In this document: positions 12,257 through 23,808 of the stretch, piece by piece
Position numbering within the stretch: position 1 is the first letter of the stretch
Layout: each line of letters opens with the position of its first letter
From: Chrysemys picta bellii
Taxonomy: Eukaryota
Length of the DNA stretch: 64,000 nucleotides
Direction: 5' to 3'
Assembly (NCBI RefSeq): GCF_011386835.1
Contig: NC_088805.1
Coordinates: 29,760,001-29,824,000 of the forward strand
The notes under the pieces: generated by a model
Databases searched by the model: none
Told to the model about the DNA's origin: nothing
The model's input: only the letters and a program-made list of their open reading frames with translations
Made by a program: the position numbers and the translations under genes

Positions 12257-12540
12257 GGGCTTGTCTTCACGTACAGCGCTACAGTGCAGAGTTCTCAGCT
12301 GTGCCACTGTAGTGCTTTAGTGAAGACACTACTACGCTGTTGGTAGAGCGTCTCCCGTTGGTGTAGTTCATCGACCTCCCCGAGAGGCGGTAGCTGTGTC
12401 AACGGGAGAAACTCTCCCGCCAACATAGCACTGTCTACACCAGGGCTTAGATCGGTAACTCTGTCGCTCGGGGTGTGGATTTTTCATGCCCATGAGTGAC
12501 GTAATACTACTGTTGCAGGTCTGGAGCGTAGACCTGACGT
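12257..12540. mobile_element. PIF/Harbinger-type MITE, degenerate
   Basis: Starts gggcttgtcttcac, ends gtagacctgac, with internal gtgaagac/tgtctacac inverted motifs as in other GTCTACAC/GTGTAGAC elements of this window. Confidence 0.6.
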
Positions 12541-12822
12541 TAGTCACAAAAGAACCGGTACATTCTCTGGGGGATGGTTTTGTCGCCACCTCCTCAACTC
12601 TGGTATGGAAAACAGAGAGTCTCTTTTGTCATTATGAGGGAGCTGAACGGGTACCTGTAGCACGGCCACCGTGGCTTATGATCATGTCTGATTTAGCAAG
12701 CGAAGGAGAATCCAGGCTGAGCAATGCTTAGATGGGAGACTTCCAATGAAAGCTCAGGTTGGGGTTCAGTGGGTGGTAGTCTGGGACCAATTGAACTAAG
12801 CCACTATGAACCAATGGGGGAA

Positions 12823-13003
12823 GGGATAGGTCAGTGGTTTGAGCATTGGCCTGCTAAACCCAGGGTTGTGAGTTCAATCCTTGAGGGGGCCATTTAGGGA
12901 TCTGGGGCAAAAATCTGTCTGGGGATTGGTCCTGCTCTGAGCAGGGGGTTGGACTAGATGACCTCCTGAGATCCCTTCCAACCCTGGTATTCTATGATTC
13001 TAT
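12823..13003 (+). mobile_element. Tortoise Pol III/SINE, apparently full length
   Basis: A-box-like TAGGTCAGTGG (12827-12837), B-box-like GAGTTCAATCC (12870-12880), CR1-type 3' end ggactagatgacctcctgagatcccttcc and (ATTCTATG)-type tail. Confidence 0.92.
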
Positions 13004-13066
13004 AATGCCACCACATGATCCTGGGGAGAGCAGGAGGGCCTGTGCTGATGGGAGTTGTGGCAGAGG

Positions 13067-13190
13067 TAGGGTGACCAGACAGCAAACGTGAAAAATTGGG
13101 ACAGGGGGTGGGGGGTAATAGGAGCCTATATAAGAAAAAGACCCAAAAATCGGGACTGTCCCTATAAAATCGGGACATCTGGTCACCCTA
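13067..13190. mobile_element. hAT (Blackjack-like) MITE, about 124 bp
   Basis: TIRs TAGGGTGACCAGA / TCTGGTCACCCTA. 8-bp TSD GCAGAGGT at 13060-13067 and 13191-13198, with one T lost at the left junction. Sister copy at 63497-63619. Confidence 0.9.
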
Positions 13191-14725
13191 GCAGAGGTAA
13201 AATCTTGAGGTTCTCTGACCGCTGCGGGGGGCATTCAAGAAGCAGGGTGTTAATATGAAGAGAGCGATTTTCAAAAGTGCCTTGGGAGCCTGCAGCATAA
13301 AAAGTCATTTGCATTATGGTCACCTGACCATGGACCGGCCCCTTTGGATAGAATCAGAGCCGGGTCGCTGCTATTGGTTACTAAATTACTCCCCCGGCTC
13401 TAGGCTCTTTCTCAGCAAAGAGGCGTCCTGCCATCAGTGGGGGTTTTATCATCAAGTGCATGAGAATTTCATCAGAAGAGTCAGCCCTGGTTGCTTCCAG
13501 CTGTTGTGCTCTAAGAACTGGGAAATTCCAGTGTTGCTCTGCCCTAGAGGCCTCTCGCCTTGGGTGAGGGGGGCAGTCAGGGGCTGAGATACAAGACAAT
13601 CCCTCTGAGTCAGCAGGGACTTCTCTGAGGGGATCGGGGGCTTTGCGGTGACACATTTTTGAGGGAAGTGGATCCTCAAGAACTGAGTGGCCTGATAGCA
13701 AAGGTTGGATCCAAACAAGGTGCAGGCAGGCGCTGTGCAAGCTTCTCCTTTTAGTTCTGCCAGTACATTTGCAGCCTCCCCCGCCATTGTAGCCCTGGGA
13801 TGTTCCCTGCACCGGCTCTGCTGCTGATGCCCCTCCCCCTGCTATGCCAGCCAGGAGCGCCTTCCTCCTGACTCTGCCAATAACCCTCAGTTTTGACTGG
13901 GCTCTAGGACACTGGGCTCTGCCATTCTCCTTTGACTCTCTTGTGCAGGAATTCCCCGCTGTGCATGGAGATTCGCTCTGATCTGCATAGGACGAGCAGC
14001 CTACCAGCTTCATAATGACCTGACCGGGCTTGAAGTCCAGTCTTCAGCCACAAAAGGCTCACACATGCTCTCCAGAGACTGAAAATCAGAGCTGGTTTAA
14101 AAGCTCTTGCCTGTTTCACAGCAACCCCTCACGCTGCACCTCAGGTTCAGCTGGAGAGCCCTTACCATCCCTTCTGCTCACAATGTGCACAGTTTAAGGT
14201 TTAGCTGTCCCTTTACCAAGGCAATGTTGGTGAAAATGTAAACAGGTAATCATTCCTCCGTGTGGAACCATATGCCAGGCCAACAGGGAGTTTGTAGGAA
14301 CAATCAGACACATGTGCTTGGAACCCAGTCCCATCGACCGGTTGGCTGGATGTTCTCCGAGAAGTCTGCCTTTGCTCAAACTGGGACGGGAACAGATGCA
14401 GGCAGTTGTGTGGGGATGTGGCTTTCCACACACCATGGCAGGAAGGCGATGCACAAAGATGCGCTTTGTATGAAATGCGGCAATCCTCTGCCAGCTGATT
14501 GAAAGATTTAGCATCTGTAGAGGCTTTGGAGTGGAGGGAAAGGTAATTAAAATGTAACGCAATGCGAGAAAGGCTGGTCAACAGGCTGGAAACATCGGAA
14601 ATCCTGCTCCAAATACTTATATAGAAAAGTGTCAAACATTCTGATCCGATTCTAAGGATTCAAATTATTCGGAGAATCTGCAGACAACTTAGTGGCACAG
14701 TGGTATTCATATTATATTGTGATGA

Positions 14726-14760
14726 AGTAGGTAAGTAGGTAGGTAGAGAGAGAGAGAGAG
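14726..14760 (+). repeat. (TAGG)-like plus (AG)8 compound microsatellite
   Basis: gtaggtaagtaggtaggt followed by (AG)8 at 14745-14760. Confidence 0.85.
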
Positions 14761-15163
14761 TCTCACTATTCTCCACTTGATGGCATCATAACTCATCTGT
14801 ATGACATAGGCCCTATACTGCTGATAGCTAATAGATTCTCTTGCTACGAAAGCACAGATCCCTGCTAGCTAAGGGAGAATCCCTGAGTTCTATCCTGTTT
14901 GAATCCAGGAAATTCCAAGTGGCCGCAGTGCACGACACAGTGACAACTGTGACATGCCTGGACAGTCCTGGATTTCTTCTAATACTAGGTTAATTTGCAA
15001 ATATCCCAGACTGCTAAGCTTCAAAAGGAAAGAAGAGGATTTGTGTTTTATCTTGACTGGGATCTGTCTGGGGGAGGGTATGCCGCTTCAAATGCTATAA
15101 ATCTGTCCCTGCTAAAGCCTTCCGAATACTTTTCTAATGATTGTCATTCCTTTTGACTTGCAG

Positions 15164-15869
15164 GTGGAGATTTCTTGTCCTGAGACCGAAATGAATGGAG
15201 ATTCATTAAACAAAGGGCTCCAGTCAGTATTCCGTACCTGGAGACGCATCCAGGGACCTTTCATTCTTTCGCTGAAAGGGAGACGGTGCCATTTCCATTA
15301 CAGAAATGCCTGCAAGAACCAGCGCTGAAGAGCTGAAAGCGGAGAAAGCCAGAGAGGGGAGCCGTGTCAGCTGATCAGCTTTCAAATCGCCTTCAAACAC
15401 TCATTTTTCTTAACATGATCCCGCCATCAATGGAGTCTCCAGAGCACGCCTTAGGAACGTTAACAGGAAAAGAATAAAATGGAGCCAAATGGTATTGTGA
15501 TTTGCTTTGAGAAATACCTCGTTTTCTTAGCACAAAACGGGGACTGAAAAATAGACTTTCCATCCCCTACCCCAGCCCCTTTGGACTTTATAGAATTCTA
15601 AAATATTTTTGTATGAGTTCAGTATGCAGTCCCGTTCTGCTTTAGTGGCTACTTATTGATCCCAAAATAATACCAGGGGAGAATACTTCAGCAGCTGAAC
15701 CAGCGCAGCAGGACGGCTGACAAAAGGCCATTGTCCTCCCTTTCCCACTTATCTTATATCAGCTGGTTTTGACCCAATCTTGTGCACTTGAAGAGAGAGT
15801 GGCGAGACTAGAGTTGCTGTCTTTGCTCTGCGACTTCCCACCCAACACAAGGCGAGTAATGAAGGCGCT
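15164..15869 (+). other. WSCD2: Putative 5' UTR portion of the first coding exon
   Basis: Well-formed 3' splice site: CTAAT at 15134-15138, then ttgtcattccttttgacttgcAG (AG 15162-15163). A weaker alternative acceptor (...cccaacacaAG, 15850-15851) exists, so the exon start is inferred, not proven. Confidence 0.5.
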
Positions 15870-16251
15870 ATGGCCAAATTACTGGTAAAGTTCCAGCGTT
15901 ATTTTAGGCGGAAACCCGTGCGCTTCTTCACTCTGATCGCGCTGTACCTGACGGCCGGGAGCCTGGTGTTTCTGCACTCTGGGTTTGCGGGGGAGCCCAC
16001 CATCTCAGAGAATGAACCCAACCCCCTGGATGGCACCAGCGAAGGGGCAGCATTTCAGTACCTGGGGGTGGTTCAGCTCGGGAGGGGGTTCAAGGAGACC
16101 CCGGAGGCTCGGAATTCTGTCCGGAGGTATGGGCCGTGGTTCAAGAGCGTTTCCAAGGATACGCCCGAGAGGAACAAAATGGGGGACTATGGCGGGGCCT
16201 GGAGCAGAGCTCTCAAAGGGAGGAAGGTCCGTGAGAAAGAGGAGGACAGAG
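15870..16251 (+). CDS. WSCD2: WSCD2 first coding exon (basic cytoplasmic tail, signal-anchor helix, stem)
   Basis: ATG in strong context (gctATGg). Translates MAKLLVKFQRYFRRKPVRFFTLIALYLTAGSLVFLHSGF...GDYGGAWSRALKGRKVREKEEDR, closely resembling the recalled WSCD2 N-terminus. Donor GAG|GTAAGA at 16252; 382 nt, phase 1. Confidence 0.96.
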
Positions 16252-19200
16252 GTAAGATTCGGATGGGGCTGTGGGAAGAGAGGCTGAATAGCAGTGTATA
16301 TTCACAGCAGGGAAGAGGCACAGACTCATAGCAAACCTCCCGGGCAAAATCCTGGCCCCGCAGGAGTCAAGGGGAGTTTTGTCCCTGATATTTGCTCCTC
16401 CATCCCCTTGTAGGGCATTTTCTAGGGCTTTAGCGGTTCTGGTTTTTGATAATTCACCCAACCCAGCTTCCCCCACTTCCTTTCGGAAATGATGCCTCCA
16501 GCCAGGAGAATTTCCCCCCCAGATATTCCGCCTGAGGTTTCCTTTGCTCATTTTCATCCCGTAATAAGTCCTAGTCCAAGGGCCTCAGACCCAAACAATC
16601 CGCCTCCCCTAGGGTGTTTATAAGTGGTGCTTGCAAACATCCGACGGACCCTCAGGGAACTTTCAAGAGGCTAACTGCTAAGAGAAGAGAAACACAAGTT
16701 GAATCTTAGGTCCAATTTATGTCCCATTGGCCCCATGGATTTGAATATGCTCTTGTGTCTCCTGCATTGAGCGAGTCTCATTTGCTAGGCACACCTGGAG
16801 CCAGATTCTGATCTCAGTTACACTATCTTATGTCTCCATTGGCTTTGGTGGGGTTACTCACAATGTACATTGGTGTAACTGAGATTAGCAAGGGTCTTCA
16901 TCTTGCCCTGTATTTTTACTGGCGCCAGCCTGCAGGAACACTAATCTGAAAACAACCTGAGCTTCTCCCCTGGGGGTGCGTTGAAATCCACTCATTTTTA
17001 ATGGTCCCGCTGGATGCCTAATTAAACGGCTGAGGAAGACCGAAACCCACACATTCAAGTGAGTTTCTGTTTCCCGAGCGTTCTGTAGATTGGAGCTGAT
17101 AAGGCAGCACTGCAGTGGATCAGTGATGTTTCTAAGCCAGCCAAAGAGCTTGCACCAAAATCAGCATCCTCAATCTCTTTGTGTCTATATGAACTATACA
17201 TCCCTGTGCTGTTCAGCTTTGGCACCATGACAGGGGACCGAGAGGGCACTGGGGACAGACCAACACCCGTCAGTCCCTCCTAATCCCCTTTTAAACATAT
17301 ATTATCTGAGTTTTAAATGAAACCTGCTACTGATTTTCCCCTCAGCTGACAGCGTCTTTTGTGTGGTGACTTATTGCGCGGCTTCTGATGTGCTTATCAT
17401 CTCTGAGAACCTAATTTACAGGACTTGACAGGACAGTTATTTTATGAGGGATGCAGAGCAATCATAGGTTCTGTTTCTTTACCGAGCAGGGTGGCTTAGC
17501 CGGCTTTGTCTATTCCCAGTCATTATTTCCATTCGTGCCAGAGGGTGTCACAGAGAGGCAGCACGTCATCCATTTCTTTAGCAAGAAAAGGCATCCTGCA
17601 TCTTTTTGCTTAACGCTGCCCTGCATGGGTGTTTGCTGCGCGGAGCAGACGGCAAGAGCCAAATAAACTCAAAACCTACTTCAGGAGCTACCTGATGTCC
17701 TCCGCCTGTTCTGAACATTCCCGCTGCTCCACAAGGAGTTTCTAAAAGCAGCCGTGCCATCGGTACGAACTGTGAGACGAATGGATCACCTCGCTCCGGT
17801 GCTGTAGTTATACTGGTCTCGTTGCTTACCCTGAAACATTTGCCCGACTGCCAGCCCAGAAAGACACTGACATGCCTTTGATCATGAAGACACCTTACCA
17901 ATATTTATTGTTATTAATATTTCTGGTACGCCGCACATGCTTAACGTGGGCATTCTGGGTGAAGGGGTGGATGCAAATTCCTTCTAAAGTAATGGGAAAT
18001 TAAAGTACAGCCCATGCCATTTGCAGTAGGCTCTCAGATTTGATGTCTAGATGTCCTGATATACCAACTGTCCTTCTCTCTGTAGGTAAATAACATACAA
18101 TTTATTGTGGATCGGCTAAAATGTTGTTAATGACCCAGGATACGCTCATTTAGTAGTTCCCGTTGGTTTTTAAAAGCTCACTTATTTACCCGTCGGATGA
18201 GTAAACGCAGACAAACACGCACTCACTGACGTGCTCTAAGGCTGCATTTAAGGAAGCGCTCGCTGCATCTGGCTCGCTCCGTTTTGGGGCCTACTCCAGG
18301 AGAGCGGGGGCTGTTCGGTACCTTGGGAAATCAGGCCCCAAATGGCTCAAGTTAGGCACACAAAACTAGTGGCCACTTTTGAAAATCCCGTCCCGTCTGC
18401 CAGAGTTAATGCTTCATACCCGGGATAAGCCTCCCTTTAGAAAATTGTCCTACCTATGCTGATGGCATTAAATATCAGACGACAGCAACAGGATGAGGTG
18501 TCAGGAGAGTACTCAATGGTGACACAAAATTACCTGCAATCAGTGTTCCCAGATCTGAAGATGAACGGGAACGGTACATTTACAAGGCAGTTAGACTCTG
18601 CAAATACACTTTGCCTTGAGTTCTCAATCTACTGTTTTTTCCCCCGTGAAGCACTAACTTGCATCTTCGGTTGAGTGTAAATGCTGTTACAATTTGTTGT
18701 CATTAATAAAGTGGGCTGGTGAGAAGAAGCAATATAGCATATTGCTACAGTACAGTGCACCTGTGACAGCAGCATAATAGATTGCCTTGGTATTTAGGGA
18801 AATAGCTGCAGTATTATCCATTATGGGAACCCAAAATGAAATACCAAATAGCAGCGGTAACTACTGGTGATGGCTCCAGCAGCAGATTATATTTTTGAAG
18901 ATGATTTTTTCCATAGCTTTTCCCAGGGAAGGCTTATGTGGACCAGGAGTTATTGCAAAAACACATCGTTCTGTTCTGTTGCAAAAACACAGAGTTAAAA
19001 ATGTGCCGCGTCCACAGGAACGACGAGACCTCCTGCAAAACCAGACAAACCCGTAGTGAGGCATTAGGAAGCAGAGCATGTGAAGGAACATTGGTAGCAG
19101 TCACACGTCCCCCTGTTGTGAACTAATTCAGTGTCTCTCTCTCTGTTCCCCGAGATAGTTCTGTGAGCGTCCTGCTTGATTTAGCATTAATGGGCGAGTG

Positions 19201-21634
19201 TCCTGCAGTTAGCAACGCTTTTCTCGTCATTTGGAAAACGAGCTCTACTAGTTGAGTCCGTTGGTTACAAGCCGGTAATCTATTCCCAGGCGTTTCCCCT
19301 CTAGGTCATAGCCTGGCATCTGGCCCATACAAGCTGCGAAAAAGGCTCAGCAACAATTGGCAAACAGATCAAAGGATTTAATTCATTCACAGCGGCTGTT
19401 TCGTGCAGCTCTGGTTGCAGGGATCCATGTTGGGGGTTCTGGGCTGTGGAGGTGCAAAGGAGGACTGGAAAAGACATAAAGAGGTGGGATGTGCAAGATC
19501 CCCAAGAGGTGATGGCTTCTCTTAATCTGTTCACAGAAGATGATCCCTGTGTATTTGCTTTACCTCTGAGTCCCTGGACGTATTGCAGCATCAGCCCCTT
19601 TGTACAGAATCTGAGCATCGAGGGACAATAAATGTTACAGGCCAATTCCGATTAACTTCCACCCTCAGCTCCCAGTGGTGTGGTGGGAATTGTGGTGCGC
19701 AGCAGCCCCTCAGCAAATGCTCTGCACCAAACAGGATTAGGCCCGAAACAATACTCCTAGGTGTTGTATGCTGTGTGTTCGAATGGCTGCAGCAGTGAAC
19801 CAGCCAGGAACTCACCTCTGCACCGTGGGGGCAGAAATGATTGTTAATTGGCTGATATTTTGTGTTCCGTTTGGAATTCCCCTGCATTTGGCATTTGCTT
19901 TAGAATAGCAACTGTCACTCATGCGACAAGGAGCTTGTGTAAAATGTCCACACCCAAAGCCACGGCAAAGAGATGATGGATGCGCACAACTCCCCTCGCA
20001 AGCTGGTGCCATTCGCTGAGCATGCTGCCCCCGCCACCTTTCATCTTGCCAGGTGTGCAGACAGGAATAGGATCTCACCAGTGTGCATGGGAATCTGCAT
20101 GTATAACTCCCAGGGACAGTGAGTATGGAGATGACAACATACCCCCAGTTAGTTGGCATTTCACATTAATATGCCAGATGAGTAACCAGTGAAACATTTA
20201 ATTTTCCACAGAAGTAACCTTATGTGGAAATGTTCCACTGAGAGGCTGAGTATGTATTTCTCGGGGAGGAGGGGGGAAATGCTGTCATAAATCTGTGGCA
20301 AGCTAGGAATTTCACAGCTCTCCCTATGCTGTGTACCACGGATCTGCCTCTCAGGTCCTCGGTTTCCAAAATCACATCCACCAGCCTCTTTAGCTCAAGT
20401 TGGATCACCATTGGCAATTAGCAGTATAGGGCCTATGAATCACAGTTGAATGGTTCTTATTTAATCTAGTAGAGGACAATGATGCAAATACTCTTTAGAC
20501 AGTTCATTGCAATGCTCTAAAGGGGCAGCTAAGTCATTTCAGGTGGCTCCAATCCCCTACTAAAGAAGCTTTTCCAAAGCTGGAAAAAAGTAAATTCCCT
20601 CCAGCCAAGTGACTTTCATGTCACATAACAGGAGACAGGAAATATAATGCCCAAATCAATAATCTGCCCTTTCCCCTCCAGCCTTGTGGTGTTCTTACAC
20701 TTACAACCGAGGAATCTGTGGAAACCCTCTTCTGAAACGCATTTGGTTGTGTTCATTAGATTAATTTGGATTGACACGCAGAGAATCTCTACCAGATGGT
20801 TAGCGAGAATCAGCTGTCTGTCACCATAAAAAACCATGCAGCATTCCTGTTCCTGGCCATATGTAATGTGTCCACTGCAATTAACTGCTGATAAAATGGC
20901 TTCTAATTTCTAACGATGGAGACGGGGATTGACGCAGGGAGATGCTATCGTTATCAATGCACAGTGGTGCTGGCCATGAGCGACAAGAGTTGGACTCCAC
21001 ACTTGCGTCAGCGACTCCTAGAAAAGGGGCTACTTTGTGTGCAGAGGGAAAGCAGATGCTGCTACCACTCAGTTTATACCTTAGTTCCCAGCAAGTGACC
21101 GGCCCAAATAGTATTCAGAAGAATCTTTGAGTTCAGTAAAGCCAGTTCATCCGTAAGGAACCTCTGCCGGCTTTCTACTAAATCACCAGTAGAGAAACAG
21201 CCCAATCCGAGACGGGGCTGCATGTGAGACAGAAGGAGACTTTGGGGCTGTATTCAGTACGTTCTGGTAAAGCCTCATCTGCATAAGTTTCCCTGCATTT
21301 TGAAGTGCAGATATTGTACACGCTACTGTATTTATTAGCACGTTCCTTGTTTGTTTGTTTTATAATGCTCAGTGCTCGGATGCTCGGACCGGGTATAAAC
21401 AGCTATGGCCGTAATTAACAAGAGTAAGCGAGAGCCAGCGAGGCCCGAGTGAGATGCTTGTGAGCAAATGGAGCCTGAACGAGATCTGAGTAGACCAAAT
21501 AGAGACCGTTGGGTGGATTCACCAGTATGGACTGGCAGTAACCACACCCTACTCAAGGGCCTTCCACAGGGTGAAACCGGTGTAAGGGAGGACAGAATTG
21601 GGCCCAGTGTGTGTGCCCATGCTCCCTTCTTAAT

Positions 21635-21898
21635 CAAGGCTCTACTGCCTAACCTGCGAGCGCTCCTTCTTCCAGCTTGGGTTGACATACCTGTGCTAGC
21701 TTTGATCAGAAGGTCTGCGTCGCAATGCGCAGCGGCATGGACTAGCTGCCCAAGTATGCACCTCGGGTCTTGGATGGGATTATACTCGAACTGTTAGCCC
21801 ATGCTGCTGTTTTTAGTGTGCAAGCTTGGTCAAAGTTAGCGTGTGTATGTCTAGCCGAGCTGGAAAGGAAACCTCCAGTGGCACTGTGGACATCCCCC
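21635..21898. mobile_element. Degenerate PIF/Harbinger-type MITE
   Basis: Ends actgtggacatcccc|ta, similar to the AGTGTAGACATACCC terminus; left end poorly preserved. Confidence 0.35.
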
Positions 21899-21901
21899 TA
21901 G

Positions 21902-22228
21902 AGTCTCCAAGTACATAAAAGGTTGTTACAAGGAGGAGGGAGAAAAATTGTTGTTCTTAACTTCTGAGGACAGGACAAGAAGCAATGGGCTTAAATTGCA
22001 GCAAGGGAGGTTTAGGTTGGACATTAGGAAAAAGTTCCTAACTCTCAGGGTGGTTAAGCACCAGAATAAATTGCCTAGGGAGGTTGTGGCGTCTCCATCA
22101 TTGGAGATTTTTAAGAGCAGGTTAGACAAACACTTGTCAGGGCTGGTCTAGATAATACTCAATCGTGCTGTGAGTGCAGGGGACTGGACTAGATGACCTC
22201 TTGTCCCTTCCAGTGCTATGATTCTATG
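21902..22228 (+). mobile_element. CR1 LINE, 5'-truncated 3' fragment (ORF2 C-terminus and 3' UTR)
   Basis: Encodes ...[60 protein letters not shown], then ggactggactagatgacctc and an attctatg tail. Confidence 0.93.
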
Positions 22229-23269
22229 CTTCCTTTGTGCCCTCCATTGGAAATGTGTCCCTCTGTTCTTCAGCCATTCACTGCCCAGCTGTGCGGCTTT
22301 TCAGAGAAGCGAGCTGTGTTCCTGTAACGTATGTCACAGTCTGAGGGTCCGAGCACGTGCTCTCCTGCGAGCACCTCATTCAGGGGTTGTCTCTTTGCTG
22401 TGTCTGTTTGGCATTTGGGGGGTGGTTGGGTGGGGGGTCAGTTGCTTGTGATGTTTGGGAGCTTGGACTCGGTGATCTGGTGATCCCTTCTGGCCTTAAA
22501 CCCTATACCTTTATAACACTCTTGGCAAAATTCTCTGCTGGGCAGAGGTGACAGCACAAGGCCCAGGCCTCACCTCAGACCAATTCTGTAGGGTTATGCG
22601 GTGCCTAGTCCTTGTGTGGACCTCCCCACAGAGGTGAATTTCTCCAGCTGTGAATTGCTGATGACACTAACCATGACCTTAGGAAAGGAGAAACATCCTT
22701 AACAAGCTGGCTAAACGCACCCCTGGCGTATGTCCCCAGGCTGTAACTTGGCGACACTCCTGCTAAAATCACAAATACCAGTCCGTCCTCCTGCTCCATT
22801 GCTGGAGGCTTTCTGCTACCCCAGAGCCGTCGGGCGCAAACCTAATAGCATTGCATACAGCAACTAGTGTGTAAACCCTTTAGAACAGAACTGTATTTAG
22901 GCTGGAGAAACTGTGCATACCAAACACTCAAGGCCTTTGATCTGCAGCCTTCAGGATAAGGGTAGATATTTATTTTAACGCCACCCTAAAGCTAAGCCCT
23001 GAGAAATTCTTTCATCCTGCTTTTAACGAACAGTTAATGCCCCGTGAGCCAGCAGAGAACGTGGAGGAGCAGACGCAGAAGCCAGCGCAGCCGAGTGACT
23101 TCTGCCAGCTCCGAAAGAGCTACAGGCAGTAGGCTCTCGCTCTGCAGAGCAGACCTCGGCAGCATCCACGCCTTGCACTTCCTTAGCATCAGCTGTCTGG
23201 GGATCTCAAAGTACTTTGTAAACATTAGTGAACTAGCCCCATGATCCTTCCCGGAAGTAGTGGAATATC

Positions 23270-23400
23270 ATCAACCCCATTATACAGGTGGGGAAAGTGA
23301 GGCCTCGAGAGGTTAAGTGACCAATCCAGGGTCACGCTGAAAGTCAGTAGCAGAGCTGAGATTGGAACAAATGAATCTTGCTGCCCAGCCCCTCCCCCTC
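23270..23400 (-). mobile_element. CORE-SINE fragment
   Basis: ccccattatacaggtggggaaagtgaggc...ggttaagtgacc...ggtcac...cagagctgagatt is the reverse complement of the core domain. Confidence 0.6.
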
Positions 23401-23729
23401 ATCCCCTAACACTCTACCCACTAAACTGCACACCCCACCCAGAGCAGGGTATGCCAGTCAGCAACCTTGACTCATACAGTTTCGCTTCTTCTTTCAGTCA
23501 CTACATTACTCTACTTCCTGGGTGTGGTTATAGAACCCAGGAGTCCTGACTGCAGGTCCCCTGCTCTAACCACTAGGAACCGGTTCCATTCCCAGTGTCA
23601 GGATCCCTAGGCCAAGAGAACTGTCTGACTCCGCTGGAGTCAATCCCACTGAACGCATTCCTGGACATCGCGAGTTTGTTTTAGCGGAGATGGTGTCACT
23701 TGTTGTTATGTCCAGATGCCAAGTAGCTA

Positions 23730-23808
23730 GGCCCAGAGGCTCAAAGCTATTTAGGTGTTTCCTTTCCCATGGGAGTTAGGCACCTAAATACCTTTGAGAA
23801 TCTGGGCC
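23730..23808. mobile_element. 79-bp hairpin MITE-like element (GGCCCAGA...TCTGGGCC)
   Basis: 28-bp arms ggcccagaggctcaaagctatttaggtg / cacctaaatacctttgagaatctgggcc pair at 25/28 positions. Confidence 0.7.

Noticed and set aside
12823-12895. tRNA-like sequence with A and B boxes
   Set aside because: Head of a Pol III/SINE continuing into a CR1 tail; not a tRNA gene.
13381-14013. 210-aa minus-strand ORF
   Set aside because: No recognisable domain, composition typical of GC-rich non-coding DNA, no supporting splice or promoter structure.
14728-14736. Perfect donor TAG|GTAAGT 433 nt upstream of the putative leader acceptor
   Set aside because: Lies inside a (TAGG)-type microsatellite and has no convincing upstream acceptor; likely a by-product of the repeat.
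1-15163. Search for a CpG-island promoter or first exon of WSCD2
   Set aside because: No extended CpG island outside repeats; the transcription start is probably upstream of the window or not identifiable from sequence alone.
16252-16331. ORF track extends the first coding exon to 153 aa (GKIRMGLWEERL...)
   Set aside because: Read-through past the strong GAG|GTAAGA donor; WSCD2 similarity stops at 16251 and I saw no canonical AATAAA nearby to support a truncated isoform.
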